Below are positions 1 through 8,910 of a stretch of DNA of 43,809 bases, piece after piece. The translations under genes were made by a program, and so were the position numbers. The stretch is from NCBI GenBank assembly GCA_964595705.1, contig CAZQSC010000001.1, positions 1 to 43,809 of the forward strand, read 5' to 3'. Each line of letters opens with the position of its first letter. The first letter of the stretch is position 1. Under the pieces are notes generated by a model. It had not been told where the DNA came from. It searched no databases and saw only the letters and a program-made list of their open reading frames with translations. The stretch is from an uncultured bacterium (GTDB lineage: Bacteria > Latescibacterota > MVCY01).

Positions 1-1
1 T

Positions 2-274
2 ATCGATGTAGGGCCGGAGAAGTTTATCGAGGCTGTGGAGAACCAAAAGGTGGACATAGTGGCTATGTCTGCTCTTCTGACCACCACGATGCCAGGGATG
101 AAAACAGTCATTGAGAGCCTGAAAAGTGCTGGCGTAAGGGAGCGGGTGAAGACTATGATCGGCGGGGCACCGGTAACTCAACAGTATGCCGATGAGATAG
201 GTGCCGATGGCTATGCCCCTGATGCTGCCTCAGCCGTAGATAAGGTAAAAGATCTGCTAGGCATTACCGGATAA
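2..274 (+). CDS. cobalamin (B12)-binding domain / corrinoid protein, C-terminal fragment (5' end lies outside the window)
   Basis: The frame is open from nt 2. The translation IDVGPEKFIEAVENQKVDIVAMSALLTTTMPGMKTVIESLKSAG...IGGAPVTQQYADEIGADGYAPDA resembles the B12-binding domain of methyltransferase corrinoid proteins and MetH. Stop TAA at 272-274. Confidence 0.75.
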   Translation: MDVGPEKFIEAVENQKVDIVAMSALLTTTMPGMKTVIESLKSAGVRERVKTMIGGAPVTQQYADEIGADGYAPDAASAVDKVKDLLGITG

Positions 275-292
275 ATCATCTCTTTTTCTTGA

Positions 293-333
293 CTGCACGA
301 GGCTGGTTTCACAAACCCAGCCTCGTGCAGTTT
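293..333 (+). terminator. rho-independent-type terminator hairpin after the corrinoid-protein gene
   Basis: Perfect 14-bp inverted repeat CTGCACGAGGCTGG (293-306) / CCAGCCTCGTGCAG (317-330), followed by TTT. It lies 19 nt after the stop codon. Confidence 0.6.
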
Positions 334-445
334 CAACGCATCCTTCTCCTTAATTATCCCCATGCACTCCTCCCTGTTCCACGGCCAGAACCGTTCAAGG
401 TCCAAGGTTCTCATCCATAAATAGCCCAATCCAGGAGGAAACTTT

Positions 446-1747
446 ATGATCTGGAATGAAAAATACGAGCGTCTGGAGAGAAAAGACCTTGAAGCTTTGC
501 AGGTTAGACGCTTAAGAGAAATAGTAGAAACACTGTATGACAAAGTTCCCTTCTACCAGAAGAAGTTTTCAGAAAAGGCGATTGTCCCCTCCCAGATAAC
601 CTCCTTAGAAAGCCTCACCCATCTGCCCTTCACCACCAAGGACGATCTGCGGAAGAATTATCCTTTCGGGATGCTCACCACTGCTTTGGCAGACATCGTA
701 GAAATCCACGCCTCCTCTGGCACCACCGGCACTGCCACTGTGGTTGCCTACAGCCGGGAGGATGTGGCTCTATGGTCCGAAGTGATGGCCAGAACCATCG
801 CCTGCACCGGTGGAACACCGGAGGATATTGTCCATAATGCCTATGGCTACGGATTGTTTACCGGAGGCTTAGGATTCCACTACGGAGCACTGGAGCTTGG
901 TGCAACTGTTGTCCCCATCTCCTCCGGGGGAACAAAAAGGCAGATAAAGCTGATGCAAGATTTTGGGGCCACTATACTGACCTGTACCCCTTCTTATGCC
1001 CTTCATATGGCCGAGGTCGCCTCAGAGATAGGGGTTGATCCGGTTTCAACCAGTCTGAGGATTGGGATCTTCGGCGCCGAGCCTTGGAGTGAAGGGATGA
1101 GACGAGAACTGGAAAAAGCCTGGGGTATCATCGCTTGTGACATCTACGGACTTTCGGAGATCATTGGACCCGGAGTAGCAGTCGAATGCCCTGGCAAAGA
1201 AGGACTCCACCTGTGGGCAGACCACTTCCTGCCGGAGATCATCGACCCCAACACTGGAGAGGTGCTGGATGAGGGTCAGGATGGTGAACTGGTGCTCACC
1301 ACCTTGACCAAGAAAGCAATGCCCCTTATCCGCTACCGTACCGGCGACATAACCAGCATCACCTATCAGCCCTGTCCTCACTGTGGCAGAACCGCTCCTC
1401 GCATAAGCAAGCTAAAGGGCAGAACCGACGATATGTTAGTCATCCGAGGTATCAATGTCTTCCCCTCTCAAATAGAAAGCGTGCTGCTGGAGATCGAAGA
1501 GGCTAAGCCTCATTATCAATTGGTAGTGACCAGGACCAAAGGGTTGGATGAGCTGGAGATCTGGGTGGAAGTAGACGAAAAGTTCTTCTCCGACGAGGTT
1601 AAGAAATTGGAAACGCTAGAGAAAAAGATTCAAGACGAAATTGAAAGCGTTCTGGCACTGCGCACTAAAGTTAAGCTGGTAGAACCTAAGAGTATCGAAC
1701 GGAGCATGGGGAAAGCCAAGCGGGTGATCGATAAGAGAGTTATCTGA
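446..1747 (+). CDS. paaK: phenylacetate-CoA ligase family (PaaK / F390-synthetase-type adenylate-forming aryl-acid CoA ligase), copy 1
   Basis: 433-aa ORF with a GGAGG Shine-Dalgarno (SD) sequence upstream of ATG 446. PaaK-family hallmarks: N-terminus [16 protein letters not shown], the AMP motif [19 protein letters not shown], and a C-terminal [10 protein letters not shown]. Confidence 0.85.
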   Translation: MIWNEKYERLERKDLEALQVRRLREIVETLYDKVPFYQKKFSEKAIVPSQITSLESLTHLPFTTKDDLRKNYPFGMLTTALADIVEIHASSGTTGTATVVAYSREDVALWSEVMARTIACTGGTPEDIVHNAYGYGLFTGGLGFHYGALELGATVVPISSGGTKRQIKLMQDFGATILTCTPSYALHMAEVASEIGVDPVSTSLRIGIFGAEPWSEGMRRELEKAWGIIACDIYGLSEIIGPGVAVECPGKEGLHLWADHFLPEIIDPNTGEVLDEGQDGELVLTTLTKKAMPLIRYRTGDITSITYQPCPHCGRTAPRISKLKGRTDDMLVIRGINVFPSQIESVLLEIEEAKPHYQLVVTRTKGLDELEIWVEVDEKFFSDEVKKLETLEKKIQDEIESVLALRTKVKLVEPKSIERSMGKAKRVIDKRVI

Positions 1748-1786
1748 GCCAAAATGAAAGCTCAAGCCTCTGGACAGTTTTAACTA

Positions 1787-2581
1787 ATGACTAACATTAT
1801 CGACATCCACACCCACGCCTTTGCAGACGAAATAGCCCCAAAGGCAATCAGGGCGATAGAAGGGATGAGCCACACCCGGGCGATCCTGAACGGCACGATC
1901 TCCGAGCTTAAGGCCTCGATGAAAAAGGGGGGCATCAGCATTTCAGTGCTTCAACCTGTCTCTACCAAACCCTCCCAGGTTAGAGTCATCAACGACTGGG
2001 CTGGGGGGGTAGTAGGCAACGGATTGCTGTGTTTTGGCACCATTTATCCTGGCCAGAAGGACTGGGAAGAGGAGATCGACCGGATAAAGGCGTTGGGGAT
2101 GTTCGGGGTCAAACTCCACCCTGAATATCAAGGTTTCTATCCTGACAGTCAGTCCATGTTCCCCGTGTATGAGAAACTTGCCGAGGTTGGGCTGATCGTC
2201 CTGTTTCACGCTGGTGAGGATATCGCCTTCTCCGCTCCGTTTCGCGGTTCCCCTCAGAGAATCTCCCAGGTGGTGGATAATTTCCCTGCCCTGAAGGTTA
2301 TAGCTGCTCACCTGGGCGGATTTCGAATGTGGGACCAAGTTGAGCAATATCTTGTAGGTAAGGAATTATATTTTGATACTTCTTATACATTTGGACACTT
2401 AGGAACCGATAGAATAATTAAGATTATGGAGAACCATGGCTTCGACAGAATTCTGTTTGGCACCGATTCGCCCTGGACTGACCAACAGGCTGAGGTGAGG
2501 CAGATATTGGAACTGGATATCCCTGATTGGGCCAAGGAGAAGATCCTGTGGGCCAACAGTGCAAGTTTGTTAGGCCTGTGA
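1787..2581 (+). CDS. amidohydrolase-family (Amidohydro_2-like TIM-barrel metal-dependent hydrolase) protein
   Basis: 264-aa ORF starting MTNIIDIHTHAF (HxH metal motif) and ending ..RILFGTDSPW.. I see no clear SD. Family call is from motif memory. Confidence 0.7.
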   Translation: MTNIIDIHTHAFADEIAPKAIRAIEGMSHTRAILNGTISELKASMKKGGISISVLQPVSTKPSQVRVINDWAGGVVGNGLLCFGTIYPGQKDWEEEIDRIKALGMFGVKLHPEYQGFYPDSQSMFPVYEKLAEVGLIVLFHAGEDIAFSAPFRGSPQRISQVVDNFPALKVIAAHLGGFRMWDQVEQYLVGKELYFDTSYTFGHLGTDRIIKIMENHGFDRILFGTDSPWTDQQAEVRQILELDIPDWAKEKILWANSASLLGL

Positions 2582-2655
2582 TATTTCACGTCCAAAGGAC
2601 TATACTACGCATTAATGGGGCATTTGACCTGAGCATAGCCATTTGGATATGGCGT

Positions 2656-2684
2656 CTTCACGTTTCACGTATTCACGCTTCACG
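2656..2684. repeat. tandem 7/8-nt array (CTTCACG TTTCACG TATTCACG CTTCACG)
   Basis: Four consecutive TTCACG-containing units read directly from the sequence. A fifth isolated TTTCACG lies at 2584-2590. The array sits in the amidohydrolase-ACT spacer. Confidence 0.7.
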
Positions 2685-2742
2685 TACTATCAAATTTAAT
2701 GGCAGCAGTCATAATAACTGACTTGCCAGGAGGCTTTGAAAA

Positions 2743-3174
2743 ATGTTAGTCAAACAGATTTCGGTCTTTTTGGAAAATCGTTCCGGCCGACTTCACGAGG
2801 TGAGCGAGGTTTTAAAAGAGGCGGGTATCAACATCCGGGCCCTTTCGTTGGCCGACACCTCGGACTTCGGCATCCTGAGGCTGATTGTGGACAGACCTGA
2901 CAGGGCGCAACAGGTCCTGAAGAACTCTGGTTTTACCATCAGCCAGACTGAGGTGTTGGCAGTGGAGGTGGAGGACAAACCGGGCGGTCTGGCTCAAATA
3001 CTGGGAGTCTGTGACTCCGGCGGTATCAATGTGGAGTATATGTATGCATTTGTGGAAAAATCAGGCCGGAATGCAGTGGTGATCTTCCGAGTGGAAAATC
3101 CTGACAGATCCATTAAGTTGCTTCAGAAAAGCGGTGTGCATCTGTTGAGTGCAAGTGAAGTGTATGCCCTTTAG
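2743..3174 (+). CDS. ACT domain-containing protein (two ACT-like halves)
   Basis: 143 aa with an [34 protein letters not shown] and [18 protein letters not shown] are typical ACT beta-alpha-beta starts. This is the small ACT protein type often found beside PaaK genes. Confidence 0.85.
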   Translation: MLVKQISVFLENRSGRLHEVSEVLKEAGINIRALSLADTSDFGILRLIVDRPDRAQQVLKNSGFTISQTEVLAVEVEDKPGGLAQILGVCDSGGINVEYMYAFVEKSGRNAVVIFRVENPDRSIKLLQKSGVHLLSASEVYAL

Positions 3175-3303
3175 AATAAAGCGATATATCAACAGCTACA
3201 ATCCTAACGCTCACGGGAGGTGGTGTCATGACTATCTTCTAAATTCGAGGAAAGGGGAGAAGTGAATAGATACTTAATCAAGTTTTCAAAAAAGGAGTCA
3301 GAG

Positions 3304-4719
3304 ATGAAAAAGTCGATAGTGGTATTCTTGACGTTTGTCTTCCTTCTGAGCTGTGCTGCGCAAGCGCTCGCGTCGTCTGAGGCCGAGGAGAATCCGAAGA
3401 AGATAGATGTATCGGGCAAGATCATCTACCGGGGACGTTGGTACAACCTGGACTTCAACGATGACTCCGACAAGGGATCGCTGAACCGGAAGAACTACTA
3501 CGGCGACATCACGCTGACGATGAAGTTCCACCCGATCGAAAATGTGAGCGGATGCTTCCAGTTTTACAAACAGGTGTACGGGACTGGCCTGGCCCAGTAT
3601 AATACGATTCAGACCGGCGAGACCGTAGCGGGGAATTGGGCGGTGAACGAAGATGAGAACTGGGAGATGACGCTGATGCAGGCCTGGGGCAAGGTGGACC
3701 TTCCCTTCGCTCCTGTCTCCCTTAAGGTCGGACGACAGCCGTTGGTGTTCGGAAACGGGCTCTATCTGAACACAGGGATCAGCAAAACGTTTGCTATGGT
3801 GGCCGATGCCTGCTTGCCTTTTGCAAAGGTCTCTGTGGGTACAGCCAAGCTCTACGAGGGAGTCCGCGAAGCAGATGACGACGCGGACATCAACTTCGTT
3901 ACGGTGAACAAGACCGTGGGGCCTCACAACTTAGGCCTCTTCGTCGCCCACGAGAAGGACATTTCTTCCTCGAAGGCGGCCCCGGCTGCGGCCATTGTAG
4001 ACAGCCTCGAACGGACGATCACCAACATCGGCGTGACGGGTAAGGGAAAGATCGGTCCTCTCACCTATAAAGCCGAGTTCGACTATATGGTCGGTAAGGA
4101 TAAGTCCACTAAGACGGTGAATCCGGCAGATGTGGACATCGCCGGATATGCCTTTATGGCCGGAGTAGGACTTCCTCCCCTTAGCATCTTCAAGCTGGGG
4201 TTGGAAGTAGGCCTGGGGTCCGGGGATGATGTGGGTACAAAGGACAAGAACGAGGGGTATATCCCGCCGGGACCGTTCTATCCATATGCCTGGGCCTACG
4301 AATATCGGTTCATCCACTGGATCTGGAACAGCTCTCGCTTCCTGAAGGGAACGGTCGGCGTGAGGGAGGCTCTGGCGCCCGGGTTGGAAAACACCACCTA
4401 CTTGAAAGCCTCAGCCAGATGGAAGCTGAACAAATGGCTCAGTGGAGCCGAGCAGTTCATCTACCTGATGGCAACGGAGCCCAAGCCGATTAAAGATAAT
4501 ACCGGGGCCTCCTTTGACCCGGGCAAAAACATCGGCATTGAGATTGATACGATTGTAAATTGCGTCATAAACAAACATTTCTCGTATCAATTCATCTTCG
4601 CTTACGTGCTCCCTGGCAATTTCTTCGATGGGCGCATCAAAGGCTTCGATGCAGCCAACAAACCCATCGGGGCTGACAATGCTTGGGGTATCCGTTCACA
4701 GTTTGCTTTCACCTTCTGA
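3304..4719 (+). CDS. porin-like outer-membrane beta-barrel protein (possibly alginate-export/AlgE-like family)
   Basis: I moved the start to ATG 3304 (AAGGAG SD about 7 nt upstream). This gives the signal peptide MKKSIVVFLTFVFLLSCAAQALA. Other support: a LKVGRQPLVFGNG motif, a strand-like alternating pattern, and the C-terminal ...FAFTF (terminal Phe typical of BAM substrates). Confidence 0.65.
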   Translation: MKKSIVVFLTFVFLLSCAAQALASSEAEENPKKIDVSGKIIYRGRWYNLDFNDDSDKGSLNRKNYYGDITLTMKFHPIENVSGCFQFYKQVYGTGLAQYNTIQTGETVAGNWAVNEDENWEMTLMQAWGKVDLPFAPVSLKVGRQPLVFGNGLYLNTGISKTFAMVADACLPFAKVSVGTAKLYEGVREADDDADINFVTVNKTVGPHNLGLFVAHEKDISSSKAAPAAAIVDSLERTITNIGVTGKGKIGPLTYKAEFDYMVGKDKSTKTVNPADVDIAGYAFMAGVGLPPLSIFKLGLEVGLGSGDDVGTKDKNEGYIPPGPFYPYAWAYEYRFIHWIWNSSRFLKGTVGVREALAPGLENTTYLKASARWKLNKWLSGAEQFIYLMATEPKPIKDNTGASFDPGKNIGIEIDTIVNCVINKHFSYQFIFAYVLPGNFFDGRIKGFDAANKPIGADNAWGIRSQFAFTF

Positions 4720-4835
4720 GAGCGCTACCCCTCGCATAGCAGAGTGCTCAGGGAGGGCAACGCTCTAGTGGAAACCCTCGGGGGAGGGCTCTCATCAACC
4801 GGAGCACTCCCCAGAAAAGCATAAAAGGAGGGAAA

Positions 4836-5990
4836 ATGTTTAGATTAAATAAGAAGTTGATGTGCTTGTTTTGCTTACCAGTGCTCCTCTTTGTGTTGAT
4901 CTCTGGCTGTGCTAAGGAGAAGAAAGTTTATAAAATAGGGGCTATTTTTGCCATCACTGGACCGGCTTCCCCCTTAGGAACCCCAGAGAGAGACACGGTA
5001 AAGTTGCTGGAAGAGGAGATAAATCAGGCTGGCGGGATCAATGGCCATCGGCTGAAAGTGATCATTTACGATACCGCCGGAGATGAGACCAAATGTCGTA
5101 TGGCGGTCAAAAAACTTATCTATAAGGATAAGGTTCTGGCCATCATAGGCCCCAGCAGAAGCGGCACCACTTTGGCGATCATAGATGAGGTCCAAAAAGC
5201 CGAAATCCCTCTTGTCTCCTGCGCTGCCAGCATAAAGATTGTCGAGCCTGTCAAGAAATGGGTCTTTAAGACTCCCCAGTCCGACGTGCTAGCCGTAGCC
5301 AAGATTATAGACTATCTAAAAGAACGCAATATCGACAAAATCGCCATAATCAACGTCTCTAATCCCTATGGGATAAGTGGAAAAGAGCAGCTGGACATAC
5401 AGGCCCCTCAGGCAGGCATCCAGGTTGTGGCCCACGAGGAGTTCGGTCAGAAAGACCCGGATATGACCGCCCAGTTAACCAGGATCAAAGGCACAGATGC
5501 CCAGGCAGTGATATGCTGGGGAACAAATCCTGGGCCGGCTATTGTGGCCAGAAATATGAGACAACTGGGAATGCAAATCCCACTTATCCAGAGCCACGGC
5601 ATTGCTAACAAGAAGTTTATTGAACTGGCTGGAGAGGCGGCAGAGGGAGTCGTCTTCCCGGCAGGCAGACTCATTGTGGCCGAAGAGCTCCCCGACAGTG
5701 ACCCGCAAAAATCCCTCTTGCTGAAATACGCCAACGACTTCCAGCAGAAATACGGTCGTAGTGCTGATACCTTTGGGGGCCATGCCTGGGATGCCCTGCA
5801 ACTGGTGGTCAGCGCCCTCAAGAAGGCAGGTCCAGACAAGGCAAAGATCCGGGATGAGATAGAAAATACCCGTAACTTCATAGGCACCGGAGGGATATTT
5901 AACTTCTCCCCCACTGAACACAACGGTCTGACCAAAGAGGCCTTCGTTATGGTCACTATCAGAGACGGCAATTGGACTCTGCTGAAGTAG
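4836..5990 (+). CDS. ABC transporter substrate-binding lipoprotein, Leu/Ile/Val-binding-protein (LivK/LivJ) family
   Basis: 384 aa with an AAGGAGGG SD and a lipobox (LISGC). YKIGAIFAITGPASPLG... and the overall type-I periplasmic binding protein pattern fit. It is followed by livHMGF-type genes. Confidence 0.9.
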   Translation: MFRLNKKLMCLFCLPVLLFVLISGCAKEKKVYKIGAIFAITGPASPLGTPERDTVKLLEEEINQAGGINGHRLKVIIYDTAGDETKCRMAVKKLIYKDKVLAIIGPSRSGTTLAIIDEVQKAEIPLVSCAASIKIVEPVKKWVFKTPQSDVLAVAKIIDYLKERNIDKIAIINVSNPYGISGKEQLDIQAPQAGIQVVAHEEFGQKDPDMTAQLTRIKGTDAQAVICWGTNPGPAIVARNMRQLGMQIPLIQSHGIANKKFIELAGEAAEGVVFPAGRLIVAEELPDSDPQKSLLLKYANDFQQKYGRSADTFGGHAWDALQLVVSALKKAGPDKAKIRDEIENTRNFIGTGGIFNFSPTEHNGLTKEAFVMVTIRDGNWTLLK

Positions 5991-6043
5991 GAGCAGAGGG
6001 GACTACAGATGAACCTCAGGCTCGAAATTACATAATTGGGAGG

Positions 6044-6077
6044 GCCACCTTCGCCAAAAGGGCGAGGGTGGCTTTTT
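6044..6077 (+). terminator. intra-operon terminator/attenuator hairpin after the binding-protein gene
   Basis: GCCACCTTCGCC (6044-6055) pairs with GGCGAGGGTGGC (6061-6072) as a 12-bp stem with one G-U, followed by TTTTT (6073-6077). Confidence 0.6.
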
Positions 6078-6193
6078 CCTAGGTACGGCTCTCTTGCCCC
6101 TCAAAAAAAGGTTGCCTTCAGCCCCCAATTTGGCTATATTTTCAAAAAGCTATTTCCCCTTCATCTGTTTATCAACCTACAGATTTCAGATAT

Positions 6194-7060
6194 ATGACCA
6201 CTTACAGCCAAATTCTCCAATATCTTATCACCGGGATAACCATCGGTGGCATCTACGCCCTTATCGCTCTTGGATTCACTATAATATACAATACAACCGG
6301 GATTATTAACTTTGCCCAGGGCGAGTTTGTGATGCTGGGGGGGATGACCGCTGTTTCCCTGGCGACGGCTGGTCTGCCTCTGTTGTGGGCCTTTCTTCTC
6401 TCTGTGCTCTTGGTGACTGCTGTTGGCCTTCTGTTTGAGAGGCTGGCGATTCATCCCCTTAAGGGCACCTCCATAATCACCTTGATCATAATCACTATTG
6501 GGGCCTCTATCTTCCTTAAGGGGGTGGCGATGCTTATCTGGGGAAAAGATGCAGTACGGCTTTCCTCCTTTTCTGGAGACAAACCCTTTCATATCTTGGG
6601 GGCCACAATCCTTCCCCAACACTTGTGGATACTGGGCATAACCCTCTCAGTGATGCTTCTGCTTCATCTGTTTTTCGAATACACTATCTTAGGCAAGGCG
6701 ATGCGGGCTTCGGCGGCCAACCGACTGGCTGCAAGTCTGGTGGGGATTAATGTGAGGAAGATGGCTATGTGCTCTTTTGCCCTGAGCGCTGCCATAGGGG
6801 CAGTGGCCGGCATCATCATCTCCCCGGTCACCTTCTCCTCTTACGATGTGGGCACGATGCTGGGGCTGAAGGGCTTTTGTGCAGCCATAATCGGGGGCTT
6901 GGGCAGTAGCCCTGGGGCTATCCTGGGCGGGTTCCTCCTGGGTATCCTGGAGTCCTTAGGGGCAGGATTTCTCTCCTCCAGCTACAAAGACGCTACCGCC
7001 TTCTGTATCCTGCTGACCGTACTTTTCCTCCGACCCCGGGGAATACTGGGACGCCCCTGA
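6194..7060 (+). CDS. livH: branched-chain amino acid ABC transporter permease (LivH type)
   Basis: 288 aa and polytopic. The N-terminus ...LITGITIGGIYALIALGFTIIYN matches the conserved LivH start. Confidence 0.9.
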   Translation: MTTYSQILQYLITGITIGGIYALIALGFTIIYNTTGIINFAQGEFVMLGGMTAVSLATAGLPLLWAFLLSVLLVTAVGLLFERLAIHPLKGTSIITLIIITIGASIFLKGVAMLIWGKDAVRLSSFSGDKPFHILGATILPQHLWILGITLSVMLLLHLFFEYTILGKAMRASAANRLAASLVGINVRKMAMCSFALSAAIGAVAGIIISPVTFSSYDVGTMLGLKGFCAAIIGGLGSSPGAILGGFLLGILESLGAGFLSSSYKDATAFCILLTVLFLRPRGILGRP

Positions 7061-7064
7061 GAGA

Positions 7065-7142
7065 CAGTGACCGGTAAGGAGGAAGCAGTTAAGTGGTGAG
7101 CGCCCATTCGGGATTGCTTCCAACACACTAATGATCAATAAC
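7065..7142. repeat. degenerate copy of the heptad-repeat element family in the livH-livM spacer
   Basis: CAGTGACC..AAGTGGTGAGCGCCC..CGGG..CACACTAATGATCAATAACC parallels element C (GTGGTGAGTTCGCCC..CGG..CACTCACTGATGACTAATGAC). It contains an orphan AAGGAGG (7076-7082) and a 12-codon GTG mini-ORF (7093-7131). Confidence 0.35.
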
Positions 7143-7144
7143 CA

Positions 7145-8134
7145 ATGGCTAACAACTTAAAAAAACTGGCCTCCGGCCACTGGGGGATAGCCATATTTAT
7201 CCTCTGTCTGGCCTTTTTCCCCCTTCTGACAGTAAACAACCCTTACTATATAAATGTGATGGTCTTTGTGGGCATCAACACCATCATTGTAGTAGGGTTA
7301 AACCTACTGATGGGATATGCGGGGCAGATATCCTTAGGACATGCCGCCTTCTATGGCATAGGGGCTTACTGTTCAGGCCTTCTCACAGCAAAGTACGGTT
7401 GCTCTCCCTGGCTGGCCCTGCCAGCAACGGTGGCTTTAACCGCTTCTGTGGCCTATCTCATCGGCCTTCCCACCCTGAGACTGAAGGGTCATTACTTAGC
7501 TATGGCCACCTTAGGGTTCGGAATGGTGGTCTACATTGTCCTGCGACAGCTCAGTTGGCTTACCGGAGACTCCTCAGGCCTGCTGGGTATCCCTGGCATC
7601 TCCATAGGAAGATTCAAGCTGGATACCGATTTGAAGTACTATTTTCTGGTCTGGACGATGGGAGTGGGGGTTCTACTGCTTTCCCGCAACATTGTTAACT
7701 CTCGTATAGGGCGGGCACTGCGGGCAGTGGAGGGCAGTGAAACCGCTGCTCGCACCTTAGGGGTGGACACCGCCAGGTACAAGCTTCAGGTCTTTGCCCT
7801 CAGCGCCGCCTACGCCGGGCTGGCTGGATTCCTCTACGCCCACTTTATGGGATTCATTGGTCCACCCACCTTCGGATTCAAGTTCTCAATAGAGCTGGTA
7901 ACCATGGTAGTGGTGGGAGGAATGGCCAGTATTTGGGGTTCTGTCTTCGGAGCTGCCTTCCTCACCATACTGCCTGAATGCCTCAGGGTGGCCGAGGACT
8001 ATGACATAGTGATTTATGGACTGCTCCTTATGGTGGTTATGATATTTATGCCCAAGGGGCTGACCCGAACAACTGTAGACCTATTAAAAAGCAGATGGAC
8101 AGCCTCCTCAGTTTCGCAGATCAACGAGGAGTAG
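7145..8134 (+). CDS. livM: branched-chain amino acid ABC transporter permease (LivM type)
   Basis: 329 aa and polytopic. The GYAGQISLGHAAFYGIGAY motif is typical of LivM. Confidence 0.9.
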   Translation: MANNLKKLASGHWGIAIFILCLAFFPLLTVNNPYYINVMVFVGINTIIVVGLNLLMGYAGQISLGHAAFYGIGAYCSGLLTAKYGCSPWLALPATVALTASVAYLIGLPTLRLKGHYLAMATLGFGMVVYIVLRQLSWLTGDSSGLLGIPGISIGRFKLDTDLKYYFLVWTMGVGVLLLSRNIVNSRIGRALRAVEGSETAARTLGVDTARYKLQVFALSAAYAGLAGFLYAHFMGFIGPPTFGFKFSIELVTMVVVGGMASIWGSVFGAAFLTILPECLRVAEDYDIVIYGLLLMVVMIFMPKGLTRTTVDLLKSRWTASSVSQINEE

Positions 8135-8139
8135 ATTCT

Positions 8140-8910
8140 ATGGCAATCCTGGAAGCAGTCAACTTAAAGAAGAGTTTCGGGGGGGTAGTGGCCGTGGATA
8201 ATCTAAGTTTCTCGGTGGAAGCCGGACAGATTAAATCGATTATCGGCCCCAATGGCGCCGGCAAAACCACGGTATACAACCTCATCACCGGGCTTCTCCC
8301 ACCCACCAGCGGCCTGATCAGATTCAACGGCCAGACCATTACTGGGCTGAAAACCCACACTATTGCTTCCTTAGGATTGGCACGGACCTTTCAAAATGTG
8401 AGGCTGTTTGAGAATATGACGGTGCTGGAAAATGTTATGGTGGGTTGCCACCAAAGGATGGGTTCAGGGTTGTTCTCTGCCATCTGCCGATTGCCTAAAT
8501 TTAAAAGAGAGGAGAAACAAACCGCTGCTGTGGCCTTAGAGAAACTCGCCTTGGTGGGATTGGCAGACCAGAGTCACCGCCCCGCTTTCAGCCTTCCCTT
8601 TGCCCAGCAGCGAGCATTAGAGATCGCCCGGGCCCTGGCAGCCGAACCCCGGATGATCCTTTTAGACGAACCCGCTGCAGGACTTAATAGCCATGAGACC
8701 GTCCAACTGGGAGAACTCATCCTGAAAATCCGCCAGATGGGACTTACTGTCCTTCTGGTGGAGCACGATATGGAACTGGTAATGGATATCTCCGAGGAAA
8801 TCCTGGTGATAAACTATGGCAAGAAGATCGCTGAAGGGAAACCAGCGGAGATTCAAGATAACCAAGAGGTCATTAAAGCTTATTTAGGAGAGGATTTCAA
8901 AGGAAGATAA
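8140..8910 (+). CDS. livG: ABC transporter ATP-binding protein (LivG type)
   Basis: I moved the start to ATG 8140 (GAGGAG SD 8 nt upstream, just after the livM stop at 8134). Walker A GPNGAGKTT and Walker B ILLDEPAAG are present, and the C-terminal QEVIKAYLG is typical. Confidence 0.9.
   Translation: MAILEAVNLKKSFGGVVAVDNLSFSVEAGQIKSIIGPNGAGKTTVYNLITGLLPPTSGLIRFNGQTITGLKTHTIASLGLARTFQNVRLFENMTVLENVMVGCHQRMGSGLFSAICRLPKFKREEKQTAAVALEKLALVGLADQSHRPAFSLPFAQQRALEIARALAAEPRMILLDEPAAGLNSHETVQLGELILKIRQMGLTVLLVEHDMELVMDISEEILVINYGKKIAEGKPAEIQDNQEVIKAYLGEDFKGR

Noticed and set aside
3298-3927. Long antisense or overlapping ORFs. Examples: 3298-3927(-), 5447-5971(-), 12084-12713(-), 23777-24499(+), 25336-25872(-), 30569-31015(+), 35400-35774(+), 42380-43258(-).
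   Set aside because: Each lies entirely inside a gene on the other strand or frame that has strong family motifs, an SD sequence and sensible boundaries. Their translations are low-complexity or Arg/Gly/Pro-rich and motif-free, as expected for shadow ORFs.
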